Positions 1-9,233 of a stretch of 64,000 nt of DNA are shown here, in pieces. Position 1 is the stretch's first letter; the number at the start of each line of letters is the position of its first letter. The notes under the pieces are model-generated. The model did not search any database, had not been told where the DNA came from, and worked only from the letters and a program-made list of their open reading frames with translations. The translations under genes were made by a program, and so were the position numbers. Origin of the DNA: an uncultured Actinomycetes bacterium (GTDB lineage Bacteria > Actinomycetota > Coriobacteriia > Anaerosomatales > PHET01); NCBI GenBank assembly GCA_963770765.1, contig CAVYQS010000005.1:205242-269241 (forward strand), given 5' to 3'.

Positions 1-265
1 CGGTTCCACACGCCATGAGTCTCATAGATCACACAGATGGACTCCGGGAGTTCGTTGCTCTCGATCGTCTCGGTCATCCCGGTCAGCCGGTTGCCCGCCC
101 GTGTGGTGAGTTCGGCTTTGGCACCGGTCTGCGCCTGTTCGCCGCTCACGAGCTCGTAGCACTCGAGTCCGGGCTGCCACTCGGCGAAGTGCGCGGGGTC
201 GGTGAACAGCCTGACGACCTTATCGCGCGGGGCGTTGATGATGACCTCGATCTCGAATAGCGCAT
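1..265 (-). pseudogene. SRPBCC (polyketide cyclase/AHSA1-like) family protein. 3' end runs off the window, and the ATG is 1 nt out of frame with the body.
   Basis: The minus-strand frame reads ..ALFEIEVIINAPRDKVVRLFTDPAHFAEWQPGLECYELVSGEQAQTGAKAELTTRAGNRLTGMTETIESNELPESICVIYETHGVWN, which looks like an SRPBCC fold. GGAGGAGCT-ATG sits at 265..263, but that ATG is +1 relative to the coding frame. ATGCG where ATGGCG is expected suggests a lost G. Confidence 0.45.
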
Positions 266-378
266 AGCTCCTCCTGGCGGCTGGCGTACAAGGAGCTACC
301 TACCCACTACTCCGAGCAGTCGCACGCCGCCTCGCGGGCCTGCTCGAGCCGCATGATGAACGCCAGGCCCTGGGGCGA

Positions 379-1365
379 ATGGGGAATCCTCGTGTGCAGA
401 CCCGCATCGTCTTGAGGAACCCACCCGTGACTCGCTGGACAGCAGCTGACATCCCGGACCTGACCGGCCGCACCGCGATCGTCACGGGCGCGAACAGCGG
501 TCTGGGCCTCGAGACCGCGATGGCGCTCGCGAGCCACGGCGCCACGGTCGTGATGGCCTGCCGCGACGGGGAGCGGTGCGCTACCGCCGCCGAGCAGATC
601 ATGGCGGCATCACCCGCTGGGCGAGTGGTGCCGATGCTGCTCGACCTCTCGGATCTCGAGGGAGTGCGCGCCTTCGCCCAGGAGTTCGGCCCCAAGTTCG
701 GATCGCTCGACATCCTCGTGAACAACGCAGGGGTCATGGCGCCGCCGCACCGGTTCGAGACGGAGCAAGGCTTCGAGCTGCAGCTGGGCGTCAACCATCT
801 GGGCCATTTCGCCCTCACCGGGTTGTTGCTCCCCAGGCTCCTGTCGACGCCGGGCTCCCGCGTCGTGACGGTGAGCAGCTTCGCGCACGAGGCCGGCCGC
901 ATCGACTTCGACGACCTGCAGCGTGAGCACGGTTACACTCCGTACGGCGCGTATAGCCAGTCGAAACTCGCGAACCTGCTGTTCACGCTCGAGCTCGACC
1001 GGCGCCTGCGTGCGATCGCTGCCGAGACGATCAGCGTCGCAGCCCACCCCGGCTTCGCGAGCACGAACCTCCAGGCGGCCGGGCCGTTCCTCGGCTCGAA
1101 ACCGATGCTGTCGTGGCTGGTGTTGGGCGGGGTGCGGGTCTTCGGCAAGAGCCCGGTCCACGGCGCCGCGCCGCAGCTCTACGCGGCGACCGCGCCCGGG
1201 GTGCGGGGCGGCGACTACTACGGGCCCAAGAACAGCCTGGCGGGAGCGACGGCTCAGGTGGGGATGTCCAAGCGAGCGCGCGACGAGGCGACGGCTACTC
1301 GGCTGTGGGACATCTCGAAGCAGCTCACGGGCGTGGACATCGACGCCGCGATCGCCCGGCGATAG
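379..1365 (+). CDS. Short-chain dehydrogenase/reductase (SDR) family oxidoreductase
   Basis: TGRTAIVTGANSGLGLE Rossmann motif, NNAG, and YSQSK catalytic Tyr/Lys. The exact start is uncertain. Confidence 0.85.
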   Translation: MGNPRVQTRIVLRNPPVTRWTAADIPDLTGRTAIVTGANSGLGLETAMALASHGATVVMACRDGERCATAAEQIMAASPAGRVVPMLLDLSDLEGVRAFAQEFGPKFGSLDILVNNAGVMAPPHRFETEQGFELQLGVNHLGHFALTGLLLPRLLSTPGSRVVTVSSFAHEAGRIDFDDLQREHGYTPYGAYSQSKLANLLFTLELDRRLRAIAAETISVAAHPGFASTNLQAAGPFLGSKPMLSWLVLGGVRVFGKSPVHGAAPQLYAATAPGVRGGDYYGPKNSLAGATAQVGMSKRARDEATATRLWDISKQLTGVDIDAAIARR

Positions 1366-1368
1366 GCG

Positions 1369-1704
1369 CTAGAGAAGCCCGACCGCCCACTGCGCGAGCC
1401 ACAACGCCGCCATCCCCACGACCAGCGTCACGAAGATGTTCTTGGTGCGCAAGGCGACCACCAGCGCGACGACCGCCGCCACCATGCGTGCGGGCGCGAA
1501 GCTGTACTGATCGCCTTGGTGCAGGTAGAGCGCGCCGGGCACGACGAGCGCGGTGAGCGCGGCCACGGGAACGTGTTTGAGCAGCCGCTCGAGCCACGGT
1601 GGATGCGCCACGTGCCCGTGCAACATGATGGGCAGTGCTCGCATGAGCCACGTGCCCAGCGCGAGCACGACGGTCATGAGCCAGAACTGCGCGGTGGGGC
1701 TCAT
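1369..1704 (-). CDS. azlD: AzlD-family branched-chain amino acid transport protein
   Basis: 111-aa hydrophobic protein starting MSPTAQFWLMTVVLALGTWLMRALP. It sits just downstream of azlC with an ATGA overlap. It is the C-terminal part of the 274-aa track ORF. Confidence 0.75.
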   Translation of the reverse strand: MSPTAQFWLMTVVLALGTWLMRALPIMLHGHVAHPPWLERLLKHVPVAALTALVVPGALYLHQGDQYSFAPARMVAAVVALVVALRTKNIFVTLVVGMAALWLAQWAVGLL

Positions 1705-2399
1705 GTCGCCTCGCCCGCCTTGGGCCGGTCGAGCCACGCGCCGTATCCCATGCCACACACGATCGCGGCGATGAGCCCGGTCTGCATGGGCAGCAGCGGC
1801 ACGAAGACGGCCGAGGCGACAGCGGTCACGAGCGCCACTTTCACGGCGGTGCTGTCCTTGAGCGAGGGCGCCAGCATCGCGAGGAACACGAGCGGCACCG
1901 CGAACTCGAGTCCCCACGATGCGGGGATGAACGGGCCCAGCACCGCACCGGCGAGCGTCGACAGCTGCCACACGCCTGCGAGACCGAACCACGCGCCCAT
2001 GTAGTAGGGGATGACGTCGATGTCGTCTCGGTGGCGACCTTTGGTCATGGTCGAGACGTAGTTCTGGTCGACGAGCATGTGGCCCAGGATGGGCCGCAGC
2101 CACCCGGGTGCTTCCGAGAGGACCGGCGCGATCGACGTCGAGTAGATGAACATGCGCGCGTTGACCACGAGTGCGGTCGCGAGCGCGAGCCACAGCGGCG
2201 CGCCTTGCCCGAACAGCGTCGTGGCGACGATCTGCGAGGCGCCCGCATTGACGAGCAGCGACTGGCCCACCGCCTCGGCGATACCGAAGCCCGCCTGGAT
2301 CACCGCGGCACCTGCGACGAGTCCGAAGGGCACGATGCCGATGAGGATCGGAGCGATGTCGGCGAAGCCGGCCTTCATGCTGTGAGTGCGTCGGGACAC
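1701..2399 (-). CDS. azlC: AzlC-family branched-chain amino acid permease component
   Basis: 232-aa polytopic membrane protein with an AzlC-like sequence (GIVPFGLVAGAAVIQAGF..), paired with azlD. Confidence 0.8.
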   Translation of the reverse strand: MSRRTHSMKAGFADIAPILIGIVPFGLVAGAAVIQAGFGIAEAVGQSLLVNAGASQIVATTLFGQGAPLWLALATALVVNARMFIYSTSIAPVLSEAPGWLRPILGHMLVDQNYVSTMTKGRHRDDIDVIPYYMGAWFGLAGVWQLSTLAGAVLGPFIPASWGLEFAVPLVFLAMLAPSLKDSTAVKVALVTAVASAVFVPLLPMQTGLIAAIVCGMGYGAWLDRPKAGEAT

Positions 2400-2457
2400 A
2401 AGGCTCCTGTCGTGGCGGAGGGTCGATGTTCGCGCAGGGCGGGACGGTTCGCCGAGA

Positions 2458-3450
2458 CTACCGCAGCAGGCTCGTCAGGTAGCTTGCGGCCTTCTGCCCG
2501 CTGTCTGGCGCGATGGTCACGGCGATGCCTTCTCGGCCAGGCTCGCTCAAGTACTTCAGCGCGCCGGCGGCGATCGCCGCGGCCGACTGGCCCACCATCA
2601 GCGACTCTTCGCAGTAGAGCCGCCGAGCGGCCGAGTCGGTCATCTCGTCGTCGACCCACACGAGCTCGTCGATCACCGACATGTCGAGGTTGGCCGGCAC
2701 TGCGGTCTCCTCCATGTTCTTGAGGCCGGAGATGTGGTGCCCGCGAACCGGCTCGATGCCGATGATCTTGATCTCGGGGTTCTGTTCCTTGAGGTAGCGC
2801 CCTGTGCCCACGATCGTGCCGCAGGTCCCGAGTCCCGCGAAGAAGTGCGTGATGCGGCCCTCGGTCTGGCGCCAGATCTCGGGGCCGGTGGACTCGTAGT
2901 GCGCGCGGGCGTTGTCCGCGTTGTCGTATTGGTTGGGCATCACGTACTCGTCGGGATGCGTGGCCATGAGCTGCTCGGCGAGCTTGAATGCGACGTCCAT
3001 GGGGTGAAGGCCGGAGGTGTCGTCCGGCGAGGTGAGCCGAAGGTCGGCACCGAAGACGCGCAACAGCGCGGTCTTCTCGGGGGAAAGCACGTGAGGGGCG
3101 GTCGCCACCATGTGGATGCCCAGGAGCTGGGAGATCGCCGCCATCGCGATGCCGGTGTTGCCCGAGGTGGCCTCGATGACGGTCTTGCCATCGAGCTCGC
3201 CGCGCTCGATGAGTCCGTTGAGCAGCCACTTGGCGGTGCGGTCCTTGATGGAGCCGAACGGGTTGACCCATTCGCACTTCACGTAGAGCGCGACGTCGGG
3301 ATTGTCGAGGACACGGTTGACCCGCACGATCGGCGTGGGGTGGTCCACGTCGCCGCACATGTCGAGCAGGTTGTCGTAGCGCGCGAGGCGCGAGTCGTCA
3401 CCCAAGCCCTCGCGCGGGAGGCTGGTGGGGGAGTCGGGGGTCTGCGGCAT
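2458..3450 (-). CDS. Cysteine synthase family (PLP-dependent, fold type II) enzyme
   Basis: NPFGSIKDR PLP-lysine motif and ATSGNTGIAMA loop. Start taken at MPQTPDS, preceded by GAGGA, rather than the upstream ATG of the track ORF. Confidence 0.8.
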   Translation of the reverse strand: MPQTPDSPTSLPREGLGDDSRLARYDNLLDMCGDVDHPTPIVRVNRVLDNPDVALYVKCEWVNPFGSIKDRTAKWLLNGLIERGELDGKTVIEATSGNTGIAMAAISQLLGIHMVATAPHVLSPEKTALLRVFGADLRLTSPDDTSGLHPMDVAFKLAEQLMATHPDEYVMPNQYDNADNARAHYESTGPEIWRQTEGRITHFFAGLGTCGTIVGTGRYLKEQNPEIKIIGIEPVRGHHISGLKNMEETAVPANLDMSVIDELVWVDDEMTDSAARRLYCEESLMVGQSAAAIAAGALKYLSEPGREGIAVTIAPDSGQKAASYLTSLLR

Positions 3451-3588
3451 GCTGGGTCCTCGCAGCTCGGTGATGGTCGCGCGCTTGTGCACAGCGTGCT
3501 ACCAGCATACGCGCATGCGCGAGAGCGCAGCCCGGTGGAGTTCGGGTACCAAGTAGATGCAACGTGGCCCCGTGGAAGGAACGCTCCC

Positions 3589-4056
3589 ATGCCGATCTCA
3601 AGTGAAAGGCCGACCTCGCTCGCCGGCTACCTTGCGGCGATGTCGCGCGCGGTGTTCTCATCCGGCATCAACTGGAAGGTGATCGACGCGAAGTGGGACG
3701 GCATCCTCGCCGCCTTCGACTATTTCGACCCGCAGACGATCGCTGCCTACACGCCCGATGATGTCGAACGGCTCATGGGCGATGCGCGCATCGTACGCAA
3801 CCGCAAGAAGGTCGAGGCGATCATCGCCAACGCCGGCGAGCTGCTGGTTGTGGAGCGCGAGTTCGGCGACGTCGAGACGTACCTGGGGTCGTTTGCCGAC
3901 AACGACGCGCTTGCGAAGGACCTGCACAAGCGGTTCAAGTTCCTGGGCGAGTCGGTCGCGCGCATGTTTCTGTATGGGGTCGCGTGGGATGTCGACGCGC
4001 AGGCCGCCTGGGCGAGGGAGCACTTTGGCGAGCGGGCGCACGGACACGAGGGATAG
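3589..4056 (+). CDS. tag: DNA-3-methyladenine glycosylase I
   Basis: Tag-like sequence: FSSGINWKVIDAKWDGILAAFDYFDPQTIA..IVRNRKKVEAIIANA. Only the last 155 codons of the 556-aa track ORF look coding. Confidence 0.8.
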   Translation: MPISSERPTSLAGYLAAMSRAVFSSGINWKVIDAKWDGILAAFDYFDPQTIAAYTPDDVERLMGDARIVRNRKKVEAIIANAGELLVVEREFGDVETYLGSFADNDALAKDLHKRFKFLGESVARMFLYGVAWDVDAQAAWAREHFGERAHGHEG

Positions 4057-4083
4057 GACGACGCCGCTGGTGCCGGTCGCGGG

Positions 4084-4866
4084 CTACTGCGCGGTGTCGG
4101 CGAAGCGCAGCTGCAGGACCGTGCCCACGACGCCCACGACGAACGTGAGCGCGACCACCACATAGCTGCCCGACGGCAACGACTCCACCGGCGCACCCAC
4201 CGAACCCACCAGCAGCGGAACGATCGACCACGGGAACCACACGGCCCAGCCGGTGGCGCCGAACACGTTGCCCAGCAGAAGCATCCCCAGGGCGAAGCCG
4301 ATCGGCGCGATGTTGCCGCGCCCCCAGACGGTGACCCACGCGATCATCGGCACGAGCAGGTACGAGATCCCGGCAGCCAGCAGCACGTTGCCCACCATCT
4401 GGGGAATGACACCCGCCGAGTAGCCCTCGATTCCCAGCGCGAACCCGATCGCTATCGCCTCGGCGAGCATCACCAGAACGATCGCGAACCACCACAATGC
4501 GGCGACTATGAGTTTCGCAACAGCGAACCAGTGGCGCCCCACCGGGAGAGCCAGCATGTTCTTGGCAGTCGCGTCGTCGTATTCGCGACCGAAGACGTAG
4601 GCGACGATGAAGGCGAGCAGCAGCATGCCGCCGGTGCCCACGATCTGCACGATGAACAACGAGTACGACGGCCCACGTCGCCTCGATGCCGGCGATGTCG
4701 GTTTTCGCGCCGAGCAGCCCGAGCTGAGCAGCTCGCCCCGGCTCCATGGCGATCCACATGAACAGCGCCAAGCCCAGCGGTCCCATCATCAGCGCGCCCA
4801 AGGTAACCCACGGCACCTTCGCGTGGCGAAGCTTCAGAAGCTCGGTCAAGAGCACGGTCCCGAACA

Positions 4867-4867
<1 letters not shown>
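4084..4867 (-). pseudogene. ABC-2 type transporter permease, split by a +1 frameshift near 4672-4674
   Basis: The N-terminus (MFGTVLLTELLKLRHAKVPWVTLGALMMGPLG..GIEATW) is in one frame and the C-terminus (PSYSLFIVQIVGTGGMLLLAFIV..) in another. Removing one G from the TGGGCC run restores ..EATWPSYSLFIV.. Confidence 0.7.
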
Positions 4868-5655
<788 letters not shown>

Positions 5656-5876
5656 CGCGTTTCCATTTCGGTCGACGATAGCGTGGCCGCGGACAGATTG
5701 CGGTTCGCACGGTGGGCGAGTGAGCCCGTTGGTCAGAGGTACTCGGGAGAGGGTTCCCCAGCGCACTCCTTGGGGAAGCCGCCGGGCCGCGGCTGGTTGT
5801 TGGTCGTCGGGTGGGTAGCCCGACGGGGGCGGTCAGTGAGGTCAACACCAGACTCCCGCGACGTGAACTGTGCCCC

Positions 5877-5938
5877 AATTTGTCGTTGTTGTCTTATCTA
5901 GCGCCTGCGACGACAATTTGCTAGATTGTCATTGTTGC
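5877..5938. repeat. AT-rich repeat/palindrome cluster upstream of fic
   Basis: Inverted repeat AATTTGTCGT (5877-5886) / ACGACAATTT (5910-5919). Direct repeat TTGTCGTTGTTGTC (5880-5893) / TTGTCATTGTTGC (5926-5938). This is one of the lowest-GC stretches of the window. Confidence 0.4.
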
Positions 5939-5955
5939 TTTTCTGAGGGGATACG

Positions 5956-6996
5956 ATGACAAATTCTTCTGCGGGCCGCGCGCCTAGAGGGCGGCCCTCG
6001 CGCGCCGCGGTATACCAGCGGTTCGCCACCGCCATCGATGAGCTTGGACGATACGGCGGCCTTCCTACCCCGGTCGAGGCCAAGCAGCTCTGGGATGACG
6101 TGTGGCACCTTGAGGCCCACCACTCCACGGCGCTCGAGGGCAACACACTCGTGCTGCGCGAAGTCGAGCAACTCCTCGAACAGGGCAGGGCGGTGGGATC
6201 GAAGGAGCTCAAGGACTACATGGAGGTCCTCGGCTACTCGGAGGCCGCGCGTTGGGTCTACGAGCAGGGAGTGGCGCCAGTTGAGTTCCGGCACGATGGC
6301 CTGATCAGCGTCACGGAGGTCCGCCACATCCATGAGCTGGCGATGGCCAAGGTGTGGGAGGTCGCGCCGCACCCGGACGCCTACCCAGACGAGGCCCCGG
6401 GAAGCTTCCGCCAACACGACATCCACCCGTTCCCGGGCGGGATGACCCCGCCGACCCACCCGCTCGTTTCGGCAGGTGTCGCTTCGTGGGTCGAAGAGGT
6501 GAATCGGTTCGGCGGGGCGCTCGCCGACGGAACGCTCGGTCTGTCCGATGTTCCGGAAGCGCTCGCGCGCATCCACGCCGACTTCGAGCGACTACACCCG
6601 TTCATCGATGGCAACGGGCGCACGGGTCGACTCCTGCTCAACCTCATCTTGACTCGTCTGGGTTGGCCCCCAATCGTCATCTTCAAGGAGCAGCGAGGGC
6701 GCTATCTCAAGGCGCTCGACCGTGCCGACCACGACGATCTCGGCCCACTTGCGGAGATCATTGTCCGCGCGGTCGTCGACAACCTCCACCGCCTCATCCC
6801 CAACATCGCCGGGCCCGCGAAGTACGTGCCGCTCGAGGCGCTTGCCGACGAGGAATTCAGCCTCGCGGCGCTCAAGCAAGCTGCTGGCCGTGGGCGGCTC
6901 GAAGCAATCATCGGCACCGACGGACGGTATCGGTCGAGTCGCGCTGCGGTGGAGGCATACAAGGCATCGAAGTACGCGCGAGGCGACAAGGCCTGA
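5956..6996 (+). CDS. Fic family protein (class II, with N-terminal inhibitory helix)
   Basis: Fic motif HPFIDGNGRTGR. Upstream STALEGN matches the (S/T)xxxE(G/N) auto-inhibitory motif. Confidence 0.9.
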   Translation: MTNSSAGRAPRGRPSRAAVYQRFATAIDELGRYGGLPTPVEAKQLWDDVWHLEAHHSTALEGNTLVLREVEQLLEQGRAVGSKELKDYMEVLGYSEAARWVYEQGVAPVEFRHDGLISVTEVRHIHELAMAKVWEVAPHPDAYPDEAPGSFRQHDIHPFPGGMTPPTHPLVSAGVASWVEEVNRFGGALADGTLGLSDVPEALARIHADFERLHPFIDGNGRTGRLLLNLILTRLGWPPIVIFKEQRGRYLKALDRADHDDLGPLAEIIVRAVVDNLHRLIPNIAGPAKYVPLEALADEEFSLAALKQAAGRGRLEAIIGTDGRYRSSRAAVEAYKASKYARGDKA

Positions 6997-7030
6997 GGGT
7001 GTCGGCGACCGACCGTAAGACGACCACGCC

Positions 7031-7059
7031 TTGACCACCATCGCCGCAGGGCTTACTCT
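7031..7059 (+). promoter_or_regulatory. Candidate sigma70-type promoter of the ArsR operon
   Basis: TTGACC (7031-7036), 17-nt spacer, TACTCT (7054-7059). Confidence 0.35.
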
Positions 7060-7068
7060 TGCTAGATA

Positions 7069-7086
7069 GTTCGAAAAGCATCGAAC
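7069..7086. promoter_or_regulatory. Candidate ArsR/SmtB operator (copy 1)
   Basis: GTTCGA-AAAGCA-TCGAAC, a perfect 6-6-6 inverted repeat just downstream of the -10. The left context GATAGTTCGAAA is repeated at 7459-7470. Confidence 0.4.
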
Positions 7087-7099
7087 AAGGAGTCCCACG

Positions 7100-7417
7100 G
7101 TGACAACTGCCACGCAGGCAACCTCGACGAATCTGGATGCCGTCTTCAAGGCACTGGCTTCCTCACATCGCCGCGAGATCCTCGCGATGCTGAGCGCGGC
7201 CGACAGCGAGGGGAACAAGACGTGCTGTGCCGCCGAGGAGGTCTGCGCCTGCAAGATCTCCGAACGCCTGGGGTTGTCGCCGTCCACCACGTCCCATCAC
7301 ATGTCGGTCCTGCGCGACGCGGGCTTGGTCACGGGTCGCAATGAGGGCACGTGGACGTATTACACGCTACGCCGCGAGGTGCTTGCTGCGGTGGCTGAAG
7401 CGTTGACCAACTTCTAG
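7100..7417 (+). CDS. ArsR/SmtB family metalloregulator
   Basis: wHTH SERLGLSPSTTSHHMSVLRDAGLV. Cys-rich sensing region KTCCAAEEVCACKI resembles the ELCVCDL As(III) site. Confidence 0.9.
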   Translation: MTTATQATSTNLDAVFKALASSHRREILAMLSAADSEGNKTCCAAEEVCACKISERLGLSPSTTSHHMSVLRDAGLVTGRNEGTWTYYTLRREVLAAVAEALTNF

Positions 7418-7425
7418 AACCTCAA

Positions 7426-7448
7426 GGAGGCCGGGATACCCGGCCTCC
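7426..7448 (+). terminator. Stem-loop between arsR and the downstream genes (attenuator or terminator candidate)
   Basis: GGAGGCCGGG-ATA-CCCGGCCTCC, a perfect 10-bp stem. There is no clear U-tract. Confidence 0.4.
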
Positions 7449-7462
7449 CTCTCGGCCTGATA

Positions 7463-7480
7463 GTTCGAAAGACTTCGACG
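7463..7480. promoter_or_regulatory. Candidate ArsR/SmtB operator (copy 2)
   Basis: GTTCGA-AAGACT-TCGACG, 5 of 6 bp inverted repeat. Same GATAGTTCGAAA left arm as copy 1. Lies 17 nt upstream of the Trx_3 gene start. Confidence 0.35.
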
Positions 7481-7496
7481 TAGGAGGAATGACGGC

Positions 7497-7733
7497 ATGG
7501 AGATCAAGGTGCTCGGACCAGGATGCGCGAACTGCAACAAGCTTGAGGAGGCGACCCGCAAGGCGGTCGAGAAGGCCGGCCTCGACGCGACCATCGAGAA
7601 GGTGAGCGACCTGCAGGAGATCATGAGCTACGGCGTCATGTCGACGCCCGCGCTCGTCGTCGACGGCGAGCTCCGCCTTGCCGGTCGTGTGCCTTCCGTC
7701 GACGATCTCGTCGCACTGCTTCAGAGGGGCTAG
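7497..7733 (+). CDS. Thioredoxin_3 / MTH895-type redox-active disulfide protein
   Basis: 78 aa: MEIKVLGPGCANCNKLEE (CxxC), ..YGVMSTPALVVDGEL..GRVPSVDDL. Confidence 0.85.
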   Translation: MEIKVLGPGCANCNKLEEATRKAVEKAGLDATIEKVSDLQEIMSYGVMSTPALVVDGELRLAGRVPSVDDLVALLQRG

Positions 7734-7739
7734 CGAGTC

Positions 7740-8759
7740 GTGTTCGAGGCCATCGGCAATGTCCTTGGGTGGATGAACGAGAACTTCCTCAAGATGACGT
7801 GGCTCAACGAACTCGTTGGCCGCTTCATCGAGGACGTCTTGGGGTTGTCGCTCACCAGCAAGCTCGGCGCGAGCCTGCAGTTCTTCGTCTACGACACGGT
7901 CAAGATCTTCGTGCTGCTCTCGGCGTTGATCTTCGCTATCTCGTACGTGCAGAGCTACTTTCCGCCCGAGCGCACCAAGGCGATCCTCGGCAGGTTCAAC
8001 GGAATCACCGGCATGGTCCTTGGCGCTCTGCTTGGCACGATCACGCCGTTTTGCTCGTGCTCGTCGATCCCGCTGTTCATCGGCTTCACGTCTGCGGGCT
8101 TGCCCCTGGGCGTGACGTTCGCGTTCCTGATCTCGTCGCCGCTCGTCGACCTCGCGTCGGTGATGCTTCTTGCGAGCATCTTCAACTGGACCACGGCGAT
8201 CGCCTACGTGATCGTGGGCCTCGTGCTCGCGGTCATCGGCGGCTTCATCATCAGCCGCCTCAAGCTCGAGCGCTACGTCGAGCCTTTCGTCTATGGGAGT
8301 CACCTCGCCGATGCGGACCTGCCGGCACTGACGCGAGCCGACCGCTTGGCCTACGCTCGCGAGCAGGTCGTCGATGTCGTCAAGAAGGTGTGGCTCTACG
8401 TCCTCATCGGCGTGGGTATCGGGGCGATCATCCACGGATGGATACCGGGCACGTTCATCTCGGCGGTGCTTGGCTACGAGAACCCGTTCGCCGTCATCAT
8501 CGCCACGGCGATCGGCGTCCCCATGTATGCGGACATCTTCGGCACCCTTCCGATAGCTGAGGCGCTCGTGGGCAAGGGCGTCGGCTTGGGAACGGTGCTC
8601 TCATTCATGATGGCGGTCACGGCGCTGTCCCTGCCGTCGATGATCATGCTCAAGAAGGTGGTCAAGACCCCGCTGCTCGCCACCTTCTTCGGCATCGTCG
8701 TGACCGGGATCATCATCATCGGCTACACCTTCAACGCCTTCGGGCGGCTGTTCGTCTAG
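7740..8759 (+). CDS. ArsP_1/DUF318 family permease
   Basis: Polytopic membrane protein with the family-typical TPFCSCSSIPLF cysteine motif, in the usual ArsR-Trx_3-permease arrangement. Confidence 0.85.
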   Translation: MFEAIGNVLGWMNENFLKMTWLNELVGRFIEDVLGLSLTSKLGASLQFFVYDTVKIFVLLSALIFAISYVQSYFPPERTKAILGRFNGITGMVLGALLGTITPFCSCSSIPLFIGFTSAGLPLGVTFAFLISSPLVDLASVMLLASIFNWTTAIAYVIVGLVLAVIGGFIISRLKLERYVEPFVYGSHLADADLPALTRADRLAYAREQVVDVVKKVWLYVLIGVGIGAIIHGWIPGTFISAVLGYENPFAVIIATAIGVPMYADIFGTLPIAEALVGKGVGLGTVLSFMMAVTALSLPSMIMLKKVVKTPLLATFFGIVVTGIIIIGYTFNAFGRLFV

Positions 8760-8791
8760 ACGAGTGATCGGCTTCGGATCAGAAGAGGTGC

Positions 8792-9232
8792 GTGCTCATG
8801 GCAGTGAAACGGATCGTGCTTCCGGTGGATGGCTCGGCGACCGCAGAGGCCGCCGCTCGCTTCGCCGAGGACATCGCTCGCTCCGAGGGTGAGATGGTGA
8901 TCGTGTTGGGCGTGGTCGTGCCGCTTGCACCAGCGACCGATGAGGCCGTGTCGGTGACAGCCGCGATCCACCGGTTCATGACCGAGCAGGTTGCCGCCGA
9001 GGCGGCGCGAATCCGGGCAGTCGGCATACCCGCCGAGGAGCTCGTGGTGGAGGCGGGCTCTCCCCACGAAGGCATCCTGAAGGTGGCGGTGGAGCGCGAC
9101 GCCGACGTGATCGTCATGGGCACCCACGGCCGGACCGGACTCGTGCGTGCTGTCATCGGCTCGGTCGCCGACAAGGTCGTACGGCATTCGCAGGTGCCGG
9201 TGGTGCTCGTCCCCCTGAAGAGTGAGGACTGA
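8792..9232 (+). CDS. Universal stress protein (UspA family)
   Basis: VKRIVLPVDGS..., VMGTHGRTGLVRAVIGSVADKVVRHSQVPVVLVP. Confidence 0.85.
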   Translation: MLMAVKRIVLPVDGSATAEAAARFAEDIARSEGEMVIVLGVVVPLAPATDEAVSVTAAIHRFMTEQVAAEAARIRAVGIPAEELVVEAGSPHEGILKVAVERDADVIVMGTHGRTGLVRAVIGSVADKVVRHSQVPVVLVPLKSED

Positions 9233-9233
9233 C

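Noticed and set aside
2386-4056. 556-aa ORF upstream of and including tag
   Set aside because: The first ~400 codons are antisense to the cysteine-synthase gene and low-complexity. Only 3589-4056 looks like Tag.
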